64,000 nt of DNA from assembly GCA_012295275.1 (NCBI GenBank), contig CM022677.1, positions 7,440,001 to 7,504,000 of the forward strand. The letters are read 5' to 3'. This DNA comes from Chrysomallon squamiferum. Taxonomy: Eukaryota > Animalia > Mollusca. Positions 48,600 to 64,000 of the stretch are shown here, piece after piece. The translations under genes and the position numbers were made by a program. The notes under the pieces were generated by a model. That model saw nothing but the letters and a program-made list of their open reading frames with translations, ran no database searches and was not told the DNA's origin. How positions within the stretch are numbered: the first letter of the stretch is position 1; each line of letters begins with the position of its first letter.

Positions 48600-51500
48600 T
48601 TTACTCTAAAATGCATTTTGGATATTGTGAGGAAGAGGATTCTAGACTGATTAACAATAAGATTGAGTGACAGGGTAGGACCTGAGTTGGAATTCAAGGG
48701 TAGGAATGGCATTTGTCTATTTTTATTCTTTTCTTTTTCTTTTTCTTTTTTTTTCTTTAGGGTTTTTTGTTTTATTATTATTATTAATATTGTTATTTTA
48801 TTTTTTATTTTTTATTGTTATTATTTTTATTATTATTAAAAAAAAATTATTACTTTTTTATTGTTATTATTATTATTATTAAGTTTTTATTTATTTTAAC
48901 TCTAAGACAAATATACATACATCAAAATGGGGTTTTAAGAGACTGTTCCTCTGCTTGACAGATTTGAGTTGATTCCAGAATATCCTAGGTCAGGCCTTAT
49001 ATATTTCCCTTCAAACAAAAAATAAATAATAACGTATACCATTTGGAGTGCTTGGTAAAAAGTGCCTTTAATTTTTTGAAACTATTAAATCTATATTCTT
49101 TTCTTCTTTTTTCAAATATACGTGTGGCTTTTTGGTGATGTTTTTCTATGAATTTTATGTTGGACCTGCATTTAGTTACACTGAGAATTGTTTTTGAGGA
49201 TGCATTACTTTTTGAAAATATCTTTTTTTTTAATTTTTTTTTTCAAATACAGAAATATTAGCGAGCATTATTTAAAGCATCTTCTTCTTATTATTATTTA
49301 ATAATAATCAATTTTTGATAAGACACATTTCGGAATATATTTAAACAAACAATAGTGGGTTTACCTCTAATGAAATTTTAATATTTTTTCAAGAATTATA
49401 CTGAATAAAATTTCACAAGGGTAAAATAAATCTTTAAAGTTTGATTATAAAATTTGATTTTGCTGATACTTTTAAATAAACGATAAAAAGAAAAAAGATT
49501 TTTCTTGGATATATGAGTATGCATGAATGTTGACTGACTGGTTTTTTTGTTATGATTAACTGAATTTTACATGAGAAAATGTATTATCTATTGGACTATT
49601 TTCACCAACAGATAACTGTTGTTACATTATCATCATTACATTATTATCCTCAGATGATATTATTTCATGACATAATATTGATACTGGTTAAAATGTTTTG
49701 TTTGTTTCAGGTTAGACTAAGTCATGTTTTTCTTTCTAATTCTTGATTTTGAAAGGATTATGTTGTTTGCAAAGCTTGAATATTGTGATCAGTTCAGCTG
49801 TCATTTTTTGAAAATCACAAATCAATTGATAACTGTTAAAAGAAATAATGACAAAACAAATTTTGTTTTTTAAAGCAGAGCCTTAATCTGTCTATCAATC
49901 TATCTAAATCTATACACATAGATACATAGATAGATAGATATAAAATGCTGCAATTAATATAAGATTAATGGTATTATTTGTTTGTTGCATTAATTTTTAT
50001 TTGCATTTATAATAATATTTTGTATGCATGTTTACAAAATAAATAACAAATTATACACATTTGTACAAATATATATTAAGCATACTGTTTCATGTAATCA
50101 TATTAGCCTTTATTAGTGATATAAATACTAACAAATTATTTTTGTTCTTGTTTTCTTTCATTTATTATTAAGAATTTTGTTTTGTTTTTTTACTGTGTGG
50201 CTGTTAGCTGCCCTGGACTATTCTCCTCATGTAGCAAATGCGTTATTACTCACTTGTATATAATTAATTAATAAATAACTTGGTTTTCAGTTCAAAAATG
50301 TATAAACTGTTCATTTTATCAATACAGAAATATTTGTTCATACATAAGTTGCAGGGAATCATGCCTTGAAGATCATCTTATTTCTTTAATGACATTTCAG
50401 CATTTATGTATCATATGTTCCTAACCATCATTGTATAATGAGAAAACTTATAAAAACAGCTACTAACATCAAAAGCTATGAAGGCAGGGTTTAAGATTAA
50501 AATTTATTTCAATTGACCTGGTTTATAAAACATTTTTTATTTTCAGCAGCATACAGATGTATTTACCACCTCCATAATCTACTATACATAAAGATGGCAG
50601 TAAATCTAATATAAACAGTTTTAAACTCTCAAGTTGACAGTTATTTTATACTTGACATATTTGTGCAGGGAAATGAGTGAACATTGAAGTATCTGCAGTT
50701 ATTTGATACCTTTTGTCCTCATCTAATATATATTATTATAACAGGCTTACTAGGGACAAGGTACATGATGTACTAAACAAATAACATGAAAGTATCACAT
50801 ACCAACAGTAAGTGCTGATTTTAAACCTGTGTCAACAAATTTTAAAATTCTCCACATTATATGGACTGTTTGCAGCACTACATTTGAAAAGTGAGAATAA
50901 TAGATAGTCCTATATTTTTTTGGTTATAAAGTATGATATTCAGCTTAAGATAACATCACAATTAAATTGTACTGAAAAGAATAGGGAAAACAAATCCTAT
51001 TGTTTTTGTTGCATATTTTTTTATTACATTATATTATTCTTATACATTTTGTTATCAGTGAAAATGAGAATCCATACAAAATCATAAAGCTATAAAAGAA
51101 AAACATTTGAGAATATACATAATAATAGTACTAATAAAGGATAGAAATAAACATTAAACATAGAAATCTGTAAGAAAAGTTATACTGTACCACAAAATAC
51201 CTTCATTATTCCAAAACCAAACAGAATATAAATTTGTTTTTGTAGAAATAGTAAATAATAATAAAAATTAATTCTGCAAAAATTAAAAAATAAAATAAAA
51301 TAAAAAAATAAATGAAGCAAATCATTCTAAGATGTTTTATATAAACTGCATTAAAAACTTCGTTCATTTAACAATATATATATATATATATATATAATCT
51401 GCTTCATTTATTGTTTCTTTTCTCTTTCTGTATATATAGACACACACACACACACATGGGTTAAATAAAAATAATAAATGATGATCAGATTTGTAATATT

Positions 51501-52525
51501 TCTGTTACAGTAATAGTTGGGTGTACAGTATTAGTCAAATGATAAAGAAAATATAAACTGATTTCAAATCAAATTTACAAATAAAAAAATATGGATTATT
51601 TATAATACATATTTAAATCTAAAAAATAACAGTACAGTAATATAAATATTTAAAAGCAGATCTGCAAATGAAATTATATTTATTAGATAAATTATAAATT
51701 AGATAATAGAATTAATGCGGTGTATTTTGAATCATAATATTCTAAGTTTAAACTAATGTTGATAAGAATATAAATAATTTTACATAAAAATATAAATTAG
51801 AAATATTTATATTCATGACTTTGCAATAAAATTAATTATATTGTTATCATATTGTAACAAATTTAACTCTTTAATTTAAAATTATTTATAATGCTGGTCA
51901 TCCATTAGATATTTTTCATCATATGACAATATTTTCTGTCCTGTATAAAACATTTTAGAAATTCAAGATTATAAAATGTTATCAAAATAATACAACTGGA
52001 TCAAATTTCAAAAGCAAATGAATAGTTTTACGTATAAAAATGTTCATGATGTTTAACAGTTAGTGTATCAAAAGTCTTTACTTAAAACTAAATGATAAAA
52101 AATAAAATAAAAACTCCAGATCATTGCTTATGTAAATATCTTCAAAAACTGTAACTGATTTTTATTTTTTTAATTATTTGGTTGCCCGTATAAAAAGTAG
52201 AAGTAGTAGCAGAATAAATAGAAACAGGATCCTTAATGTAAATTGTTAAATTATTTTTCTTAACTAAATACAATATCAGCATAAAATGATACAAATGAAA
52301 GTTATATTTTTTTTAAAATGACTACATAATTAGAGAATAATAAAAAATAACTATATGATCACAGTATAGGTTTAATGTGGTTAACAATGGCAAAATTTCA
52401 CCAGTTTGTTTAGTGTCAGTTATTAAAAATAACACGTATCTGAATTGAGCACTGGATGTGTTGCTATGGTCTGCATACCTGCTTATACACACGTCTGTAA
52501 ATTCATTGATCACAGGTAAGCTTGC

Positions 52526-55875
<3,350 letters not shown>

Positions 55876-56021
55876 CTACAACGTAAAATTTAGTTTAAAA
55901 ACAGCAGTAGTTTATCATTACAGAATAGTTAAAATATAGTCTTTAGAAATTCTAAAAATAACAGAGATAATCTGCTCATCATTTCACAGTTTCCAACAGT
56001 TACTCTATTTAGATATTTATT

Positions 56022-56221
56022 NNNNNNNNNNNNNNNNNNNNNNNNNNNNNNNNNNNNNNNNNNNNNNNNNNNNNNNNNNNNNNNNNNNNNNNNNNNNNNN
56101 NNNNNNNNNNNNNNNNNNNNNNNNNNNNNNNNNNNNNNNNNNNNNNNNNNNNNNNNNNNNNNNNNNNNNNNNNNNNNNNNNNNNNNNNNNNNNNNNNNNN
56201 NNNNNNNNNNNNNNNNNNNNN
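56022..56221. other. Assembly gap (200 N)
   Basis: Run of N. Confidence 1.
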
Positions 56222-56939
56222 ACTGATAATAAAGCAGCGATGATATTTTATCTCACTGGGAGAGATTCTGTGTATGCCTAAAATACTGAAGGATATTAAT
56301 ATTAACTGAACGACAATATTTATAGTTTATTTGTTTCAACCAGACCTGTTTATACTAATACATTTAAATTCAGCGAAAGAACCGTAATATTTTACATTTA
56401 TATATAGCTAATAAGATTATATCTACTTGAATATTAATTGGTCTAATTATCAATTTAATTTTTAGGGGAGATAATAGAATATCACTTTCTACAGTTAATT
56501 AAGAATGAATCTGTAATAGCGCAGTATATTTATAGAACTTGTGTATAATAAACAAGATTCATCTCGCGCATCCTCGCCTTTTCACTTTACTTTTAATAAT
56601 AAACACGTCTATTAATGTTTATCTATATTCTAGACTTTTCTAGTATTTGAGAAAGATGCACTTGCAAATATCAATAACATGGTGAAATTAATTCATCTTA
56701 ATCTACCCGCTCACCTCTCGACTGCAATTCTACTATCTTAATAAAAATGAGAATAATACGCATTATTAAACGTTGATTCGTTATTCAACTTGTTAGATAC
56801 GTTATATCTGTTAATGAGACATTAAGCTTATTATTTCTTTCTTTATTTATTTATTTATTTATTTATTATGCAACGTAAAATTATGTAATATTGTCAATTA
56901 TAAAACAATACCTCTATTTTTCAATACACTGTGTTTTCA

Positions 56940-57556
56940 ATACATATTACCGCTACGCCTCTGTTTACAACATAAAACATGTAACATAAATAGTGATGGC
57001 GGTACTGAAGTTATTTTCATAACGCCATGTAAAATTGCTCCTTCTTAGCTTTTCAGTGAAACACAAAGTTCAGTTAATAAAATGTCACATTAGTATGGAA
57101 GCGTTCTCGATATTCACATACAATTCTACTGTTGTTTATGAAAACACGTCAACCTGGAAGCCAAATCTACATTTCTGAATGTACACAGTGTTTTCACAGT
57201 AAAATCACACCTGTAATGTTTACTATAATGCTACAGTACACACATAAAACAACAACAACGACAACAACAATAGTAATATAAAGAAAATACAATTTTAATC
57301 TTTATTCGGTTTCTTTACTTCTCAATATCCATAAAATTTCAAACGTTAACATCATCGCTCCACTCTGGATGTCAGTATATTTTATGACGTAGCTATAGCT
57401 TCACACAGACAAGTACACTGGAGATATCCACTTTTCAGTCCTCTTTATTGACAAACAGAACATGATGTTGTATTTTTGTATTTATTTATATTTTTGTTTA
57501 CATAAAAATAAAAAGGTGAAAATGAGCCAGACATTTATTTGAGAAGCTCAATGAAC

Positions 57557-57601
<45 letters not shown>

Positions 57602-58105
57602 TAATAAATAAATAAATAAGTTATTATGTAGGTCAGAGGTGTATATTGAAAAGATAAAATGTCACATTTTTCTACATTTAAAACTAAACCTCTGAAACTG
57701 TAAATTGAAAAAACCCAACATAAAATGCTGCAGGGAAATAGAGAGTTATGTACCCTTTTTTGAACTGTAGCTAACGAGTTGATAATAATTTAGAAACTGA
57801 GAAATATAGCGAGTTAGATTTCCAGATTCATGTTTTTAATACATACTATTACCGCTACGCCTTTGTTAAAAAACATAAAACATGTAACATAAATAGTGAT
57901 AACATCGTGTAAAATTACACCTACTTAGCTTTTCAGTGAAACATGTTGTGTTAATAGAATATCACATTAGTATGGAAGCGTTCTCGACATTTTGGATTTC
58001 ACGTATAATTCTTCTGTTTTTATAAAAACACGCTAACCCGAAACCCCAATCTACATTTCTGAATGTACACACAGTTTTCACAGTAAAATCACACCTGTAA
58101 TGTTT
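56940..58105 (+). repeat. Direct ~280-bp repeat (56940-57225 and 57838-58105), with a diverged copy at ~30-260
   Basis: Shared attaccgctacgcct..aacataaaacatgtaacataaatagtgat..cacattagtatggaagcgttctcga..tttctgaatgtacaca..cacagtaaaatcacacctgtaatg. Confidence 0.85.
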
Positions 58106-60689
58106 AGGATCGAATACTGTTTTTTCGTGGGGTGTTTTCGTGTTGTTTTTTCTCTTCCTGACAGAAGTAGTAATAGAAGAAAGTATTATTTTTAAATTCC
58201 TGGCAAAGCGTTGGGTACATTTTACAAATATACTTTTTCTAAGCTGGAGTCAGTGAGGTGGAGAAAGATTAAAGTGATTTTCAATAATTACACCACAGAT
58301 TGTGTTTTTAATTAGTGTTCTGGTAATTATTATTTAGTAAGTATATTTTAAGAATTCTGGTAGATGTTCGTCCTGTACAACGGCGAGTGTTTTGTGAAGA
58401 AACGTTTGGGTGAAACTTGTGAAGACAAGTCGGGCTGTCTGGATAACACGTGTTTCATCAAAAAAAAAAATCTTTTGGCCACTTTTGTTCTTCCAAAATC
58501 AATGTTGAGTCATGATAAAAATCGTATTGGAGTAATTAGTGAAACAAGAAACTTTGACGTACAGTGAAGTTTTCTAGACATAATTTGTGACGCTGGACAG
58601 TTTTATTTTATTGTTCTATAAACAAATAAGATTTCAGTTCTATATGAAAAACTGAGGTTCAATCAAAAATAGTTTTATATATAAAACGTGACTTACTTAG
58701 CGTTTTTCGAAACAGAAACATTTTAGTTTTAACGTCATTTGCTTTGCACAATTAAACTCTTAGATTCAAATAAAATATAACTTCTCACGTGTTCAGTATT
58801 AACAGTTATTTATTTCTGAATTTACAAGTCGAGCGATGTAAAATGCCACTATAAAATAAAAGGTCACATCCAGATTAATGTGATATTTGATTAACAACAG
58901 AACAGATTTCACTAAAAAGTTCTGCATGATGCTGAAAACTGAGCTTTTACTTTATAAGAATCCATTCATTTTTGTTGATAATTTGATAATAAATGATGTT
59001 AAGGTAATAATATTTATGTTGTCAACATGAGCGCAGGTTTCACAGGTAATTTGAAACTGAACGGCGACATTTACTGTTGTTAACAGTATTAAGATTATTC
59101 TTGAAAAGCCGATGATATTCCTTTAGCTGTATCCAAGATTACACTGACAGTTATATATATTATCAACATTTGTTATGATGCAAAACAGAGGTAATCTTAA
59201 TAAAATATCGATGTAAACAGCGGTTCTTTTACTAAGATGGAACGTAATTTCCGTCACAGTCTCAATTTATTGCTATGTGCTGCAAAGCGGTAGTAAACAA
59301 AAATATAAATTCCGTCCAGTAGTCTCAAATTATCTTGAAAAATCTACGCTCCCCCAAATTAAATATATTGTAAATATACTGTCAATATCTCATTGATTAA
59401 ATTTGCATAACGCCGTACAAATAAAGAAAATAACACGTTATTTTATAATCATGTCTCATTTTTATTCGTATGAACTTAGCTAGGTATTAGAAAATTTACA
59501 TAATAAACAATTAAAAAAAGAAGCATTAAGCTTATCCAGCAGCGCAGTTTATAAAGCAAAGTGTAGAATCAGGGTAAATAATATGATATTTTATATTCAT
59601 TTCACAATGTTCACCTTTTCCTCTATTTTTTATTTAACATTATCTTAGCCTCGGAACTTGTTTTCTAGGTAGACTGTAAAACTGATGACGTAATCGAGAC
59701 CTCGCATAACACTTTGCGTCTGCTACAAATAATATCGAATGATAATTTTAAATAAGAAATATTTAGTTGTTGACAATACTATACAAAACCAAAGCAGATA
59801 TCAGACGATGTACCTACAGAACCCTCAGTAATGGATCTAGGGTCCTGTAAAATGTACATTAATTGTTATTTTCTTAAATAATAGAAAATAGTTTATTTGC
59901 TAGTTGACAACAAATACACAAGACGTTGATCAATACATACATAATAAAAATAAAAACACACAAACACTATTCTTTCTTTCTTTATTTTTTTTTTAAATTA
60001 TTTGAATGAAACAATTTCAGAAATATTTTCCATTTTCATTATTGTTTTTAGATAAAATGCAATGAGTTTGAATTTGCAAATGTCAGGATTTAAAACAGTT
60101 AAGAACAAATTATTTTTTCTTTTTTTTAAAATATTTGTACTGCCGCCCATTTATGTAACATAACCTGGCTATATTTTCTTGTTAAGCAAAAACTCCAAAC
60201 ATTGCTAAAAATATTTAAAGTACTGAATTTGTATAATCTTACAATATCTCTTAGAATAAAAAATGAAAATTTGAATCTGAAAGCTGGAGAAATATTTACT
60301 ATGATTTTTAAAAGCAAAGATTGTAAGGGACTATTTGAATTAATTCATTTTTTTTTTGCCAGCTTTTTAATTGAATTAAAGAAAAATACAGATTATAAAA
60401 AGTTGGAAGACATTTCCATTTGCACATTTTTTAACAAATTTTTTGAATGTTTCCAAAATGTAAACAGCAAACTATAAAATACTTGGAAAAAATTCATTTA
60501 TGTACATTTTTTCTCTTATTTTTTAATTTTAATTTTTTTTATCGTTTTTAAATTATTACTTCCTATTTTTAACGATTCCTTACTGAAATAATTATATTAT
60601 TCTTTCTAAAATGGGATAGGTAAATTATAAAAACTGGCAGAAATGTCTAAACAGAAATAAATGAATATTTAAGTTTTACTATCTATCCA

Positions 60690-63600
60690 GGTTTTTAAGT
60701 AATTTCAACCTGAAGATCCATAATTACATAATTTTAAAAATGATTGTCCCCAGCAAACCCTGGATTTAAATAATAAAAAGAAAACAAAATCCTTTTCTTT
60801 TTTTTTATAAAAAATTCAGAATCTTCAGTTATATTTATATTGATTACCCCTCATTTAAATAATAATAATAAAAAGATAGAAGAAATGTTTTTGTGTATTT
60901 TTTTTTTTTTTTTATAAAAAATTCTAATTACTTCTAATTACAAAATTTATCACATTCATTTTAGCTTATTTACAAAGATGGCATTCCATAGCAATGATGA
61001 ATCTCATTCCTCTTTCAGCAAAAAAAGTTTGTTTAACCAAGCACATATCAATAATAAAAACAGTGCAAGCTGCTATGAAGTACAATGTGTACACTGGATG
61101 TTCTGATCACATTGACAATGCAGTCTCTTGGAGATCACTGAGTTTTCAAAATTCAAATTAGATTTCAGACAGATTTTCTCTTGAAAGACTGTGATGTAAT
61201 AGCTTTCTGGTGAATCTTTTCTGAAAATGTGTCTTACAACATTTTCCACTGAAGTGCTGGCTAAGGCAGCTTGAATCTGTTGTCTAGGATCCTACAACAA
61301 AACATAATATTCATTAATAAACAAAACATAAAATAAAGTGAAAGAAGCTCTAACTGCATTTCACTGATTTATCAAGAAGAATTTTAGTCCAAATTTGTAT
61401 TTTTTCCATACAATTTAAAATTAATATAATTTATTAAAAGTTTTTATATTCTTAATTTCAATCAGATTAATATTGTAAATATCTTTCACCTGTATTAAAT
61501 CTATCTTTTTCTGAGATTAGAGAGAGATATTAAATATAGCAAATTACAAATTTATACAACTGTTCTGTTCGCTGCTCTATAAGGCTGGCATATACATTTT
61601 TACAAGGTTTGTTGGTGCATGTAAATTATTACATTGATTCTGTACTAGCTAAACTTAACATAATTTAAAATATCAAGCAAATGGGCATGCTTTATGAAAC
61701 ATTTATATAAAATTATCAGTATATAAAAATAAAATCATCAAAGAAGACAAACAGTGTAAATATTTAAATTTAATTAATTGTTAATTTAATCTGAAAAAAT
61801 CCTGACAATCTTTTTATAATTTCTCAGAAGAAAAAAGATAAATGCAGTTGAACACATTTGACTTAAGCATGAATACAAAATGAATTAGTATATTTAAATA
61901 GCTATATTGTTATTTCTAAAACTGATTAATAAACCCTGATATAATTAATAAGTAAAACCATTTTGAGAACAATGTAAAGTTAACGAAGAAATAAAAAGTA
62001 GGAAGACAAAACAAAATATGTTACTGATCAATGAAAACATAACATATACTATATCCTTTTACAATCCTTCTTGGGGCTTTTGTTTTTTTGTTTTAAAGAA
62101 AAACAAAATTGTTGATATTTTCTAGCTATCCATTATTATTTATAGTCCAGATAAGATGGAAACACATGAGTGAGAATAGAAAAGTAAAGTGCTGCAATCC
62201 ATACAATAAGAAAAACTGCTGACAGAAGATTGGAATTCCCTACACAAACAATTCTACAGATTTCCTAAAATCACTCATCTAGATCCATTACTAAAATACA
62301 CCATTAACGTAAATGAAATAACAATAAAGTATTTCTTTATCATATTTCAGACTCTGAATAAAACAAAGTTGAACTTAAAAATACTGAAACATAAATAAAT
62401 CCTAGTGAAAACATTAAATTATCTCTCAAAATGCTCTTTTATATATGACATGCAAGTAGTAATAAATACAAAATACAAAATAAAAGATTATACTTTAGCT
62501 ATTGAAGTGCAGATCACTTAATAACTCAAAACAATATTATTTGCTTGAGTATTAAGTTGAGTAGATTACTCACCATGAAACATAATACTAATTTTCATGA
62601 CATTCTTGTCACTGTAGGAGCAACACACATAAACTAGGTGTGTACCTTGTACTTGGTACAGGGCTGGGAGACCTACTGCACTGGGGTAACAGTGATTTAC
62701 AAAATAAAATACCAAAATGACTTTTCTAATGTTGTTGTCATCATCATTATTCATAAATATGGTCAACATCATCATAATAAATAAATAAATAATGTTGAAA
62801 TTAAATTAACAATCTTGAATATTAGAAAACAAAATATATATATATGCTGTAAGCAAATGTGACATTTTTTGAAAGTAAAGTGCAAAAGTAAACATTAAAA
62901 TAAATTTGTAAAAAGAGAAAAAAAGAGAAAAATTAATTCATGGACCATATCATAGAAAATTAATTAAGTTGCTGAATGTTACTTATATAAAGTGAATACA
63001 ATTTTTTTAATGTTTGTAGGCTTAACTTTTATGATTGCATATGTGGTCAAATTAGAAATTAGTAACAAGAATCAAAAATTATCCATGAAAATGACTTGTT
63101 GTAATTATTTCTTATTTTGTCAATTGATTCTGATTGTAATATTGTAATACCGTTAGTTAATCAATGCTGTTAAAAGAAAACATTTTGAAGTAAGAACAAT
63201 ATCTAAATATGACTTCAGTATATATATATATATTCCAAAGATGTTATAAATGAATTATAATATTGGTTGATTTAATGAACAAAATGTAAATACAGAACAC
63301 CAAAAAACCAAATGACCTATCTTTTTTATCTGGCACTCAATCCAAATCACAGTTCAGCAACAGTCTTATTTCACTAATTTCATATTAAAACTAATTTCAC
63401 AGAATAAAATAAAAATTATTTCACAGAAAATGAAAATTAGCTTTAATAAAAAAGGACAAAAACATGTAAGAATAAAATAATAAACAATAAAATAAAAAAA
63501 TAAAAATTGTCGTCTCTTGGTAATTAAATTAACAAAATACCTCAGAGGCTGAAAACTGAATTGTGAATTGATCTTTTTTGTGAGATCATTTAACGTTTTC

Positions 63601-64000
63601 AACACGAGTAACCATTACTTCCATTAGATCGCACTCATACATGCGTGGAAATGAAAGTTATGTCTCTGTGAAAATATATGATGTTTATTAGTATTAAAGG
63701 TATTTTATCTGTTTTATCAAAGTAAATTATTGCTAAATATACGCGAGTATGGAACATGAAAGCAAAAAAGGTAAAAAGAGAATAAAGAAGAGTAAAAATG
63801 TAAGTGGAGAAAGTGAACAGAAAATAAGGGTAAGCAGTAGCCAAGCTGGTCAAGAAGTTGCTATTACAAGGATGTCAAATACACAGAATAACGAGATGTT
63901 CATCTGCACCAGTTTATCAGTCAACACCAGTTCAACAGTCTCAGCAGTCATAGTATGGACAATATGGACAAAGCTAATGATCCCATGGTCAGTCTTCTGG
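60690..64000 (-). repeat. Third, more diverged copy of arm B (same orientation as B'), with ~1.9 kb extra sequence, running off the window end
   Basis: 60960-61460 matches 25690-26240; 63600-64000 matches 27530-27935. Confidence 0.9.

Overview
AT-rich, microsatellite-dense animal genomic DNA with spliceosomal introns, probably a lophotrochozoan or mollusc (tentative), and two 200-N scaffold gaps (10785-10984, 56022-56221). Most of the window is a mosaic of segmental duplications. About 4290-10784 is inverted at 21875-28310, 965-2260 is inverted at about 39590-41200, 33260-38425 is inverted (and shortened) at 43300-45310, and a third copy of the first arm lies at about 60690-64000. The only long clean ORF not derived from simple repeats (16657-17565, minus strand) sits in the spacer of the large inverted repeat. 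It encodes four 38-aa basic repeats, a TOPORS-like C3HC4 RING and a hydrophobic C-terminal tail. The window also holds the last six coding exons of an apparently intact SLC5 sodium/solute symporter and an intron-containing ferrochelatase fragment with two in-frame deletions. Decayed sequences include a fragmented LRR gene and three copies of a repeat array that reads as a multi-pass membrane protein. Mobile elements include a KRBA2/SCAND3-type (Ginger-like) integrase relic, a piggyBac/PGBD4 relic, LINE ORF1 fragments and two Tc1/mariner-pogo MITEs, alongside many minisatellites. All homology calls come from motif recognition by eye, not database searches, and identity figures are visual estimates.
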